Part shown: piece by piece, positions 1-8,717 of the stretch | How positions within the stretch are numbered: the first letter of the stretch is position 1 | How the letters are laid out: every line of letters starts with the position of its first letter | Source of the DNA: an uncultured Pseudomonadota bacterium | Lineage (GTDB): Bacteria > Myxococcota_A > Bradymonadia > Bradymonadales > GCA-2716585 | Assembly: GCA_937890335.1 (NCBI GenBank) | Contig: CALBXO010000841.1 | Coordinates: 200-64,199 of the forward strand | Direction: 5' to 3' | DNA: 64,000 nt | Position numbers and translations under genes: made by a program | Notes under the pieces: model-generated | Told to the model about the DNA's origin: nothing | Seen by the model: only the letters and a program-made list of their open reading frames with translations | The model's database searches: none

Positions 1-1112
1 ACATCTATGTGCGCCGGGCCACCAACCCTGACCACGCGAGGCGGTTCATCGTCTACTTCAAGGGCGGCAGCCAATGCACGACCTGGTCAAATTGTAAGCA
101 GCGTTGGTGTACCGAGCCCACGCTGATGACGAACTCCGGCCACGGCGAGTCTCAACACCGCGACGGCATGTTGAACCCTGACCTCGAAGGCAACGCCTTT
201 GGCGGTTGGAACCACGTTTATGTCCCTTACTGCACCTCCGACCATCACTCGGGTACCGGAGACAGCGCCGTGATGGTCGACCCGGAAGGGGAGGGGCCGT
301 CCTACACCATGCACTTCAAGGGCAACCACGTGTTCGCCGCGGTGCTGGACCTCCTCGAGGCCGGCGCCGTCTCTGACGACGGCAGCGAGACCCTGCCGGC
401 CATTGGTGAGGCGGACCTCGTCCTGGTGTCGGGAAGCTCCGCAGGTGCGGGCTCCGTGGTCCTCAATCTCGATCGTTTCGCGGAGCGTTTCCCCGGCCTG
501 GACGTGCGCGGCGTCATTGACAGCCACGGCGCGCCGCAGCCGGAGCACTTCACCGAGGATGGGTCCGGCGAGGGCGCCACCATTGGCGTGAACCACCTCC
601 AGACCACCTATGACAACACGTACGTCCCGCTGTGGAAGTCTCAGGTAGACGCGTCGTGCCGGGCGGCCAACCCAGAGGGCAGCGACACCGCCTGGCAGTG
701 CAACAACACCGGGTACGTGATGATGCACCACGTGACGACACCGTTCTTCTTCCACTACGACCTCCTCGACGGAAACCTGGGCCTGCCGTACCTGGCGCCC
801 CCGCCAGACGGGGCCGGTGCCACCCACCAAGCGTTCTCCACCGCGTGCGTCAACTGGCTCGAGGAGGTGTACCTCGCCGACGAGGACGGTGCGGAGGCGG
901 CCCAGATGGACGTGAAACCGGGCATTTTTGGTCCGCGGTGCCGGCACCACACTGCGCTGGGCTCAGACGCCTTCTTCGTGCGCGACTTCATCGAAGACGG
1001 CGACGAGATGAGCAGCTACCACGACGCGTTGGTCTCCTGGATCATGGGCAACCCGACCAAGTGGATCGACCCTCCGGGTGAAGGCCGCAACCGGGGCTGC
1101 CCCAGCGAGTGA
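1..1112 (+). CDS. Pectin-acetylesterase/Notum-family (PAE-like) serine esterase; 5' end probably outside the window
   Basis: ORF 9..1112 is open to the window edge. Hallmark PAE blocks are present: FIVYFKGGSQC..C..RW, VYVPYCTSD, nucleophile elbow LVSGSSAGAG and a late CRHHT histidine. Confidence 0.6.
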   Translation, partial: IYVRRATNPDHARRFIVYFKGGSQCTTWSNCKQRWCTEPTLMTNSGHGESQHRDGMLNPDLEGNAFGGWNHVYVPYCTSDHHSGTGDSAVMVDPEGEGPSYTMHFKGNHVFAAVLDLLEAGAVSDDGSETLPAIGEADLVLVSGSSAGAGSVVLNLDRFAERFPGLDVRGVIDSHGAPQPEHFTEDGSGEGATIGVNHLQTTYDNTYVPLWKSQVDASCRAANPEGSDTAWQCNNTGYVMMHHVTTPFFFHYDLLDGNLGLPYLAPPPDGAGATHQAFSTACVNWLEEVYLADEDGAEAAQMDVKPGIFGPRCRHHTALGSDAFFVRDFIEDGDEMSSYHDALVSWIMGNPTKWIDPPGEGRNRGCPSE

Positions 1113-1137
1113 CCGCCGCCTTCCGCCAGGAGAAGTG

Positions 1138-1233
1138 ATGTTTCCCACCCAGCTCCAGCTGGCGCTGGCATTGGTCGTGGCCTCGTGTGCCACCTCGAGG
1201 CTTGGCAAAGGTCTTTGCAAATTGATCTTTTGA
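1138..1233 (+). CDS. Candidate 31-aa lipoprotein-like small ORF (MFPTQLQLALALVVASCATSRLGKGLCKLIF)
   Basis: ATG at 1138 lies 4 nt after AGGAGA (1128-1133). A hydrophobic h-region is followed by a lipobox-like LVVAS-C, with stop TGA at 1231-1233. It is too short for the ORF track and has no homology support. Confidence 0.3.
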   Translation: MFPTQLQLALALVVASCATSRLGKGLCKLIF

Positions 1234-1278
1234 AACATCGGAACCAACGCCGCCAGACTTGACCTCTCGACCGCCGAT

Positions 1279-2913
1279 TTGTCTGCCGATAGTGAGAGTT
1301 ACCTGCCGATACGAGGAATGATGAACGACCCACATCCCACCAGCACCACAGAGACCCGGCGCCTGCTGGTTGTCGCCGACCGCGAGGTTCGGGTGCGACG
1401 CATCAAGTCTGCACTGGCGGGCTCCCAATTCGTCGTCGACGCTCTGAGCCCAAGCGATCTTCCGGGACGTACCGGAAGCTGGGCGGCAGCCATTGTGATC
1501 CCGGACACGCTCAGTCAGAAGCTGGTCGCCCTGGATACGCTCCGGCGAAAGTTCCCGGACCTCCCCATCGTCGCCGTGGGCTCCGACGCCCGGCCCCTCC
1601 TGGACGCCATGCGCAGGGGGGCGCAGGCCGCTGTGTTCTGGAAGGAGATCGGCGAGCTCGGCCATGTACTCGCGGACACGATCGCGGCGAGTCGTTCCGT
1701 CGCTGTCGCACCGCCAACGCCCGTGACGACCCCCCATCTGGAGGCGCTGGGAAGGCTCGCGGGAGGCATCGCGCATGACTTCAACAACATCCTCGCGATC
1801 ATTGAGGCATGCAGCGAGTGGTTGCGGGAGCAGGTCGGGCGCGACTCCCCACTCTACGAAGACGTCGAGACCATTCAGGTCGCTGGACGTCGCGGCGCCG
1901 ACCTGACCCGCGCTCTCCTGGTGTTTTCACGGCAGGAGCACCGCGGCGAGGTGGAGTATGTCATCGCCAACGACGTGGTGGAGGAGACCTTTGGGCTCGC
2001 CAGGCGCGTCGTGGGATCCAACGTCCGGACCGAGATTTCGCTGGCCCCGGAGGTCATGACCATCAAGATCGATTCGGGCCAGCTGTCCCAGGTGATCATG
2101 AACCTGATGGTCAACGCCCGTGACGCCATGCCGCACGGCGGCCTGCTGTCCGTGGAAACCAGTGTCGAGCGTCTCGACGAGCCGATGGCCCTGCACACCG
2201 GAAACCTCCCCCAGGGCGAGTACCTGTCGCTGGCGGTGCACGATACAGGCGTCGGGATCGACCCGAACGCCGTCAAACACCTCTTTGAGCCCTTCTTCAC
2301 TACCCGTGAGGACGACGGCGGCACCGGCTTGGGCCTGTTCACAGCCTACGGGATCGTCCACAACGCGGGGGGAGCGATGGACGTGTCGAGCGACCCCACG
2401 GGCACCCGGTTCCGCGTCTTCCTCCCCCACTACAACCGCGGCCCAGGTCCCATCACGCGTCAGCCAAAGGCCGCCCCCGGCGGGACGGAGACGGTGTTGT
2501 TGGTCGAAGATGAGATCGACGTGCGCGGCGTGGCGCGGCGCTTCCTCCAGAAGCACGGCTACACCGTCATCGAGGCCGCGCATGGCGCAGACGCCATGCT
2601 CCTGCTCGAAAAGCACGCCTCCTCCATCGACCTGGTGCTCAGCGACGTTCTCATGCCGGTGATGGACGGCCCGACTTTGTGTCGGACGGTGCACGGTCGC
2701 TGGCCGGAGATCCCGTTCGTCTTCGTCTCCGCCTATTCCGCGAGTGCGATCACCGAAGGCCGGGACGACCTCCCCGCCGGCGCCGTCATCGTCGGAAAAC
2801 CCTGGCGGCAATCCACCCTGCTGCGCACCCTGCGCGAGGCGCTCGACCGAGCGTCCAGGCCGAACCAGCCGTCCCCGGATGACAGCTTCTCAGGTCTGGC
2901 TGCCCAGGGTTGA
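1279..2913 (+). CDS. Hybrid sensor histidine kinase (REC - HisKA - HATPase_c - REC)
   Basis: N-terminal receiver-like domain (RRLLVVADRE...IVIPD...FWKEI). H-box GGIAHDFNNIL and ATPase blocks NLMVNARDAM, DTGVGI, GTGLGL. C-terminal receiver TVLLVEDE...LVLSDVLMPVMDG. The likely true start is ATG 1318/1321 after GAGGA. Confidence 0.85.
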   Translation: MSADSESYLPIRGMMNDPHPTSTTETRRLLVVADREVRVRRIKSALAGSQFVVDALSPSDLPGRTGSWAAAIVIPDTLSQKLVALDTLRRKFPDLPIVAVGSDARPLLDAMRRGAQAAVFWKEIGELGHVLADTIAASRSVAVAPPTPVTTPHLEALGRLAGGIAHDFNNILAIIEACSEWLREQVGRDSPLYEDVETIQVAGRRGADLTRALLVFSRQEHRGEVEYVIANDVVEETFGLARRVVGSNVRTEISLAPEVMTIKIDSGQLSQVIMNLMVNARDAMPHGGLLSVETSVERLDEPMALHTGNLPQGEYLSLAVHDTGVGIDPNAVKHLFEPFFTTREDDGGTGLGLFTAYGIVHNAGGAMDVSSDPTGTRFRVFLPHYNRGPGPITRQPKAAPGGTETVLLVEDEIDVRGVARRFLQKHGYTVIEAAHGADAMLLLEKHASSIDLVLSDVLMPVMDGPTLCRTVHGRWPEIPFVFVSAYSASAITEGRDDLPAGAVIVGKPWRQSTLLRTLREALDRASRPNQPSPDDSFSGLAAQG

Positions 2914-2948
2914 CCCCGCAGGCCGCCTGTTGGGCGAGTCACGCAACC

Positions 2949-3965
2949 TCAAGGCGTAACAGACGCTGTCCCTGAGGTCTCAAACGTCAGGTGAATCCCC
3001 CCGGCGTCGAGCTCGCCGTCGCCGTCCGTGTCCACATCAACCTGGCCGAGGACGATGTGAAGGTAGAATCCGCAAAGCCCATACACCGTGCCGCACCGCC
3101 CCTCACAGGCCTGTGTGTTGCCGACAGGGCAGCTGTAGAACCCACCGGGCAGGGACTCGATCTGAAGGTCCCCCTCCAGGCAGGTGCATTGCTCAGAAGC
3201 GAAGTAGGCATTGAGGGCACCAACGAACTCGTCTGCCGTAAGAAACCCACCGATTTGACCGCGCATTGAGCCGTCCTCGTCCAGCTCCACGCGGGATCTC
3301 CGGACGTGGATGGGTACCTCGATGGACGCGCGGCGACCCATCGGAAAAGGGACGCGGAGGAAGCCGCCATCCCCCTCATACACTCCATCCTCCACCTCCC
3401 GCATGCCGGACAGCCGTGACCGGGTGACCGCCTCGGTGGGGTGAATGTCGGCCGGGTCCACGGTCAGCTCTGACCCATCCACGGTGGAGACGGACGGGAG
3501 GTCGATGCGGCCCTCGTAGGCAAACGGAACCGCGGCGACGGACAGCTCTCCATTCTCAATCGCCCCTGCAAACTGCTCGTCGAGGTCAACACCCACGGCC
3601 CTGAACAGCTCTCGCAACACAAATGTGAACGAGTCGTCGGGCATACCGTCACCATCAAGATCCCATGCCGGTCCTCCCTCCGGGAGGGTCGCGAGTACGG
3701 TCAGCGGGCTCCCAGGGACATCGCCAGACGTCCACTCTCCAGCCTCGCACTCGGTGCCGGTGCAGGCACAATGTCCCTCCTCGCACTCCATGCCCCAGGC
3801 CGTCTCGCATGAGCCGACGCCGGCGTCATCATCGTCGCAGTCGTCGCCCCCGGACGGCTCCGAAGGGATCAGATCCATGTTCTCAGGAACCGGATCATCG
3901 CCTCCGCAGCCGGCGAGGACGGCACAGAGCAAGAGCGCTACGAGAGATGGGCACACGATACGCAT
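2949..3965 (-). CDS. Secreted Cys/Asp-rich lipoprotein of unknown function
   Basis: Signal peptide plus lipobox MRIVCPSLVALLLCAVLAGC. An acidic Cys-rich N-terminal patch (DDCDDDD...CEEGHCACTGTECE) and a second Cys cluster near the C-terminus. I recognise no family. Confidence 0.65.
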   Translation of the reverse strand: MRIVCPSLVALLLCAVLAGCGGDDPVPENMDLIPSEPSGGDDCDDDDAGVGSCETAWGMECEEGHCACTGTECEAGEWTSGDVPGSPLTVLATLPEGGPAWDLDGDGMPDDSFTFVLRELFRAVGVDLDEQFAGAIENGELSVAAVPFAYEGRIDLPSVSTVDGSELTVDPADIHPTEAVTRSRLSGMREVEDGVYEGDGGFLRVPFPMGRRASIEVPIHVRRSRVELDEDGSMRGQIGGFLTADEFVGALNAYFASEQCTCLEGDLQIESLPGGFYSCPVGNTQACEGRCGTVYGLCGFYLHIVLGQVDVDTDGDGELDAGGIHLTFETSGTASVTP

Positions 3966-4174
3966 GGATGCTCCTGGCGTGTTGGCGCAATGTCCGGGTT
4001 ACTCACCCAGAGATAGGACAAGCTGGACTTAAGTCAACCGTGTGGCGCTCCTGGTCCATAGTTGGAGTAGACCGTCGCGGACGAGGCCGGCGGATGCCGT
4101 CATGCACAGGGCAGGACGGGGTGGGCCAACGCGCGGCGCTTGAGCCCACAGGCGGATTGGGCGACGATGTCGCC

Positions 4175-5179
4175 ATGCGCACCCTCATCATCTGCCTCGT
4201 CGTCTTCGTCACAGCCTGCGCGAGCCCGTCTCCCGTCCCAGCACCCGCCACCCCACTCCCGACGGAGGTCGCCGCTGTGCGCACCCTCGACATCCAGGGC
4301 CACCGCGGCGCCCGCGGGCTGCGGCCCGAGAACACGCTGCCCTCCTTTGAGACCGCCCTCGATCTGGGCGTGACCACGCTGGAGCTCGACCTGCACCTGT
4401 CGTCGGACGGCGTGCCCGTGGTCTGGCACGACCCGTTCATCACAAGTGACAAATGTCGCCTCGCACCCGGAGCTCACGGGCCAGACCCAGAGTCGTTGTC
4501 ATCCAAGGACCCGCGGCTGGCGATCGCCAACCTGAGTGTGGCGCAGCTGGCCAACTACCATTGCGACCGCAACCCGGACCCGAGCCGTTTCCCCGATCAG
4601 AAGGCGACCCCCACCGCCATCGCCGGGGCCAACTACCAAATCGTAGACCTGGCCACTGTGCTTGATTTCGTGCACCGCTACGCGCGCAACGAATCAAAAT
4701 CGCAAGCCCAGCGCGAGGCGGCGCGCCGGGTACGGTTCAATGTCGAGACCAAGCGCGTCCTGGATCACCCGGAGTACATCGCCGACGGGTTTGACGGGGC
4801 GGTCGCAGGTAAATTTGAGGTGGCCACGCTCCAAACCCTCCGCAACGCAGGGGTGCTCGAGCGGACGACGCTTCAGAGTTTTGATCACCGCTCGCTGCGT
4901 GTCGCCCACGCGCTGGACCCCGAGGTCGACCTTGTCTGCCTGACGGTTGGGCTGCCCCCGCTGGAGGGCTACGGCATCTGGAAGGACGCCGGGGCCGTAG
5001 CCTGGTCCCCAAACCACACAGTGATGACGCCCGAGCACATCAAAGCCGCCCACGACGCCGGCCTCAAGGTCATCCCCTGGACCGTCAACGAGCCGGACGA
5101 GATCAAGACGGTTCTCGACCTGGGCGTGGACGGAATCATCTCCGACCGTCCCGACCTCGTCCTCGCGCACTCGCGCTGA
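4175..5179 (+). CDS. Glycerophosphodiester phosphodiesterase (GDPD family), lipoprotein
   Basis: Start at MRTLIICLVVFVTAC (lipobox). GDPD signature IQGHRGARGLRPENTLPSFETA...ELDLHLSSDGVPVVWHD and C-terminal PWTVNE. The track ORF 3665..5179 has a spurious Arg/Pro-rich N-terminal extension. Confidence 0.85.
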   Translation: MRTLIICLVVFVTACASPSPVPAPATPLPTEVAAVRTLDIQGHRGARGLRPENTLPSFETALDLGVTTLELDLHLSSDGVPVVWHDPFITSDKCRLAPGAHGPDPESLSSKDPRLAIANLSVAQLANYHCDRNPDPSRFPDQKATPTAIAGANYQIVDLATVLDFVHRYARNESKSQAQREAARRVRFNVETKRVLDHPEYIADGFDGAVAGKFEVATLQTLRNAGVLERTTLQSFDHRSLRVAHALDPEVDLVCLTVGLPPLEGYGIWKDAGAVAWSPNHTVMTPEHIKAAHDAGLKVIPWTVNEPDEIKTVLDLGVDGIISDRPDLVLAHSR

Positions 5180-5245
5180 GAGCAACGCAAACGACGGTCC
5201 CTCGCGGGTCCACCGTCTTGTGCACTCTCGCCAACCTGAGCCACG

Positions 5246-8200
5246 ATGAGCACGATGTACGGCACGCTTCAGCTCGCCCAGGGGGCCTTCGCGCTTCGGG
5301 AAGTCGTAGGCCGCGGCGGCATGGGCGAGGTCTGGCGAGGCGTGCACATTCCGACCGGGCGACCCGTGGCAGCCAAGTTCCTCAAGGCCGACACGGGCGA
5401 CCGGTTTCTGCGCGAATTCCAGAGCGAGGTCGAGGCCGTCGCCCGCCTGGACCATCCCCACATTGTGCGGGTCTACGACCACGGCGTGGTGGACGCGGTG
5501 GACGCCGCCGCCTCCGCGGGCCACTTCCGGGAGGGCGCACCCTATCTGGTCATGGAGTTCGTGGACGGAGGGCCGGTGTCGGGCCACGCATTGGCCCACA
5601 ATTGGGAAGGCGTTCGCGACGCACTCCTGGTGCTGCTGGACGCCCTCGCCCACGCCCACGCTCGCGCGCTGGTCCACTGCGACATCAAGCCCACCAACGT
5701 GCTGGTTGAGGACGGACCCGATGGGGCGCCGTTGCTGAAACTCACGGACTTCGGCGCCGCCGTCTCCCTCGGCCGCCCGCGACAGGCGTCGGACGAGATG
5801 TACGGTACGATCGAGTACATGGCGCCCGAGCAGCTGCGGCGCGCGGTCCGCGACATGGGTCCGTGGACGGATCTCTACGCCGTCGGGTGTCTGGCCTACC
5901 GACTCGTGGTGGGGCGGCGCCCGTTCCACGGCGACACTGTTCAGGATCTCATCCACCAGCAACTCGCGGCGGACCCGCCGCCACTGGCGCCGCGATTCCC
6001 TGTCCCGGCCGGTCTGGAGGCTTGGCTGCGGGTGCTGATGGCCAAAAACCACCGGGCACGGTTCTGGGACGCTGCCGCCGCGGCGCAATCGCTGCGCCTG
6101 CTGGGTCCTGGAACCGTGGGCTCGGTGGCGGCCGTCGCGTTTGACGAGACCGAGGCAGCGACCACCGTGGACCCTGGCCCTGACGGCCTCACCCACGAAC
6201 AAGTGCAGACCTGGGGGATCGTCTCGCACAGCGACGAATGGACCACCGGGCTCGACTGGAAGACCCCCCATGCGGCGCCGCTACCACTGTCCACCGGGCG
6301 AGGCACCTTTGGTTTGCGGGCCATCCCGATGGTGGGCCGGTCGGCTGAACGGGATGCGCTGTGGGCCCGGCTCCGGGACGTGCGCGGACTCGAAGTGGCC
6401 CTGGTTGGCGGGTCCCTGGGCGTCGGCAAGACCCGGCTGGCCAACTGGCTGGGCCACCGTGCCGCCGAGCTGGGCCGGGCTCGAGTCCTCCGTGCGCCGG
6501 CGCGGGCAGACTGGGACCGCGCGGCGCTAAGGGACGCCCTGCGTACCGTCGGACTTGATCTTGCGGACGCCTCCTCGCGGACGGCCGCCGAGCTGCCCGG
6601 TCTGACGGACGATGCGGCTGCTGAAATGGCCGAGACGCTGTCCGTGGAGGCGCTCCTGTGGTCAGCGGGCGAGCGCGCTGAACTGCTGGCCACCTACATG
6701 CGGGGCCTGGCGGACCAGCGACGACTGTTGTTGCTGATCGACGAGCCCGACGCCGACGCGCTGGCCGTGCTCGAGGCGTTGCGGGCCCGCGTCCCCGAAG
6801 GCGCGCGGATGCTCGCCGTGCTCTGCGTTCGCGACGAGGGCCTCGTCGGCGACCCCGAGCGCGAGACCGCGCTGGCTGAGCTGGCGGACCTCGCACTCTC
6901 ACTGCAGCCTCTTGTCGGCGCCGAGCGGCGCAAGTTCGTCGCCCAGATGTTGGGGCTGTCCGGACCCGCGGCGGACGAGGTGGCCGAGCGCACGGCGGGA
7001 AATCCGCTGTACGCGGTGCAACTCGTCGCAGACTGGATCGAGCGCGGACTGCTCGCGCCCGGTCCCGCCGGCTATCGAATGGTTGGGGAGCCGCCCGCCA
7101 TGGCCGAGACGCTCCGCGGCCTGGTGGAGTCACAGGTCGAAAGCCTCTCGCACACGCTGGGCCCAGGTCTCGCCGCCGTCGAGGTCGCCGCTGTCCTGGG
7201 GCAGAGCGTCGATCATTCGCTGTGGATGGCAGCTTGCCGTGGGGCCGGACTGGAGCCCGACGTACCGACGCTGATGTCGCTCTACGCCCTGCGCGTCGCT
7301 GAGCCGCGCCCCGGTGGTTGGAGATTCTCCGGGTCCCTGTTGCGCGAGGTCCTCGTGGAGCGTTTGCGCGCGGCCCCCCACTCCGCCCAGGCACACAGAG
7401 CCTGCGCCGACGCCCTGGAGGCAGTGGGGCGCCGCGACGTCCAGACCGCGCTGCTTCGCCTGGAGACTGGGGAGCCCCGGCGCGCCGTGGAGACCCTGCG
7501 GGAGCTGGCGAGCCAATCGGTCCTGAACCTGGGCGCCGCCGCCACCGACCGCCTGGTCCGAACGTTCGAGCGAGCCCTTGAAGCAGCCCAGATCCCCCAC
7601 ACGGACGAGCTCTGGGGCGAGCTGTACGTCATCCGGGCCCGGTCGCTGGGCCGCGCCGGTGACCTGAACGGCTGCCGTCACTGGGCGGACCTCGCTGAGT
7701 CGCGCGCCGAGCTCTACGGCTGGTCCATGAGCCGTGTCCACGCGTGGGGAATCCTGGGCAACCTGGCCCAGCTGGAGGGGAACCACCCAGCGTCCATCCG
7801 CTACACCGAACGGGCCCTGACGGAGCTCGGTGCCGACGGCCCGGCCGGGGTGCGGGCCAAGCTCCACCGCAACCTGACCTACTACCTGCAGATGAGCGGC
7901 GAACTCGCGGCCGCCCGACACCACGGCGAGGAAGGAATCCGTCTGTCTCGGCTCGCCGACGACGAGGCTGGAACCATCGACGCCCTGGTGGCTGCGATGT
8001 CCGTGGCGTCCAAACAGGAGGACTACGTCCTCGGTGCACGCTACGCCGCGGAGGCCGTGGAGCTCGCCGAGCGCGGCAACACGCCGCACACAGCCCCCCG
8101 CGCGTTGCTGGCGGCCGGCACTCTGGCCCGCCGGACCGGAGATCTGGCTCTGGCCCGGACCTACCTGCAACGGGCGGAGGAGATGGAGCGAGAGATCGGC

Positions 8201-8557
8201 GAACCCAGCCGGTACAGCGTCCTGAACCTGGCAGTGCTGGACCTGGACGCCGGCCTATACGAGGACGCAGCACCCCTCATCGAGCGCGCCCGAGAGGCCG
8301 TGCGACTCAATGGCCCCGCGTACCTCCAGTCCATCGTCCACCTCTGTGCCGCTGTCTGCGCCGCAGGCCAGGGGCATTGGTCCGCCTACGACACGGAGCT
8401 CAGTGCCGCAGGGGCCACATTTGACGCAATCCCGTTCTATGAGCGAAGCGCTGTGGAGCTCGCCGGGATGGCCGAGCAGATCAGCTGTCACGCCGGTTTC
8501 GCGGACCGGGCCACGCGGGCGCGCGAGCACGGGGCAAAGACCGCCGCGTTGGCGTAA
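5246..8557 (+). CDS. Ser/Thr protein kinase fused to an AAA/STAND NTPase and a TPR-like C-terminal region
   Basis: Kinase subdomains GRGGMGEVW, AAKFLK, HCDIKPTNVL, DFG, APE. Walker A GGSLGVGKTRLA with a Walker-B-like LLLLIDEPD. Long helical-repeat C-terminus. Confidence 0.85.
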   Translation: MSTMYGTLQLAQGAFALREVVGRGGMGEVWRGVHIPTGRPVAAKFLKADTGDRFLREFQSEVEAVARLDHPHIVRVYDHGVVDAVDAAASAGHFREGAPYLVMEFVDGGPVSGHALAHNWEGVRDALLVLLDALAHAHARALVHCDIKPTNVLVEDGPDGAPLLKLTDFGAAVSLGRPRQASDEMYGTIEYMAPEQLRRAVRDMGPWTDLYAVGCLAYRLVVGRRPFHGDTVQDLIHQQLAADPPPLAPRFPVPAGLEAWLRVLMAKNHRARFWDAAAAAQSLRLLGPGTVGSVAAVAFDETEAATTVDPGPDGLTHEQVQTWGIVSHSDEWTTGLDWKTPHAAPLPLSTGRGTFGLRAIPMVGRSAERDALWARLRDVRGLEVALVGGSLGVGKTRLANWLGHRAAELGRARVLRAPARADWDRAALRDALRTVGLDLADASSRTAAELPGLTDDAAAEMAETLSVEALLWSAGERAELLATYMRGLADQRRLLLLIDEPDADALAVLEALRARVPEGARMLAVLCVRDEGLVGDPERETALAELADLALSLQPLVGAERRKFVAQMLGLSGPAADEVAERTAGNPLYAVQLVADWIERGLLAPGPAGYRMVGEPPAMAETLRGLVESQVESLSHTLGPGLAAVEVAAVLGQSVDHSLWMAACRGAGLEPDVPTLMSLYALRVAEPRPGGWRFSGSLLREVLVERLRAAPHSAQAHRACADALEAVGRRDVQTALLRLETGEPRRAVETLRELASQSVLNLGAAATDRLVRTFERALEAAQIPHTDELWGELYVIRARSLGRAGDLNGCRHWADLAESRAELYGWSMSRVHAWGILGNLAQLEGNHPASIRYTERALTELGADGPAGVRAKLHRNLTYYLQMSGELAAARHHGEEGIRLSRLADDEAGTIDALVAAMSVASKQEDYVLGARYAAEAVELAERGNTPHTAPRALLAAGTLARRTGDLALARTYLQRAEEMEREIGEPSRYSVLNLAVLDLDAGLYEDAAPLIERAREAVRLNGPAYLQSIVHLCAAVCAAGQGHWSAYDTELSAAGATFDAIPFYERSAVELAGMAEQISCHAGFADRATRAREHGAKTAALA

Positions 8558-8717
8558 CGCAAGGCCGCCGTCAACCATGTGGGCCACCGCTGACCAACGC
8601 GCCGCCCTGACCGTGATCGGGCCGTCCGGGCGCCCACGTTCTGGCGCGCTGCCGCCATTGATGAAAACAATGCCACCCCACAGCGCGGCCATCTTCCCCA
8701 ACGTGGCGATGCGCACG

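Noticed and set aside
5193-5220. Imperfect hairpin GACGG-u-CCC-ucgc-GGG-ucca-CCGUC after the GDPD stop as an intrinsic terminator
   Set aside because: The stem is interrupted by an asymmetric internal loop and is followed only by UUG, not a U-tract. The evidence is too weak to annotate.
4694-6271. Very long antisense or alternative-frame ORFs (for example 4694..6271 -, 10278..12032 +, 12204..14192 +, 15029..16441 +, 28144..29331 +, 6189..7394 -)
   Set aside because: They overlap genes with clear catalytic motifs on the other strand or frame. They have Arg/Pro/Gly/Ala-rich low-complexity composition with no recognisable domains. This is the expected stop-codon-poor artefact of high-GC DNA.
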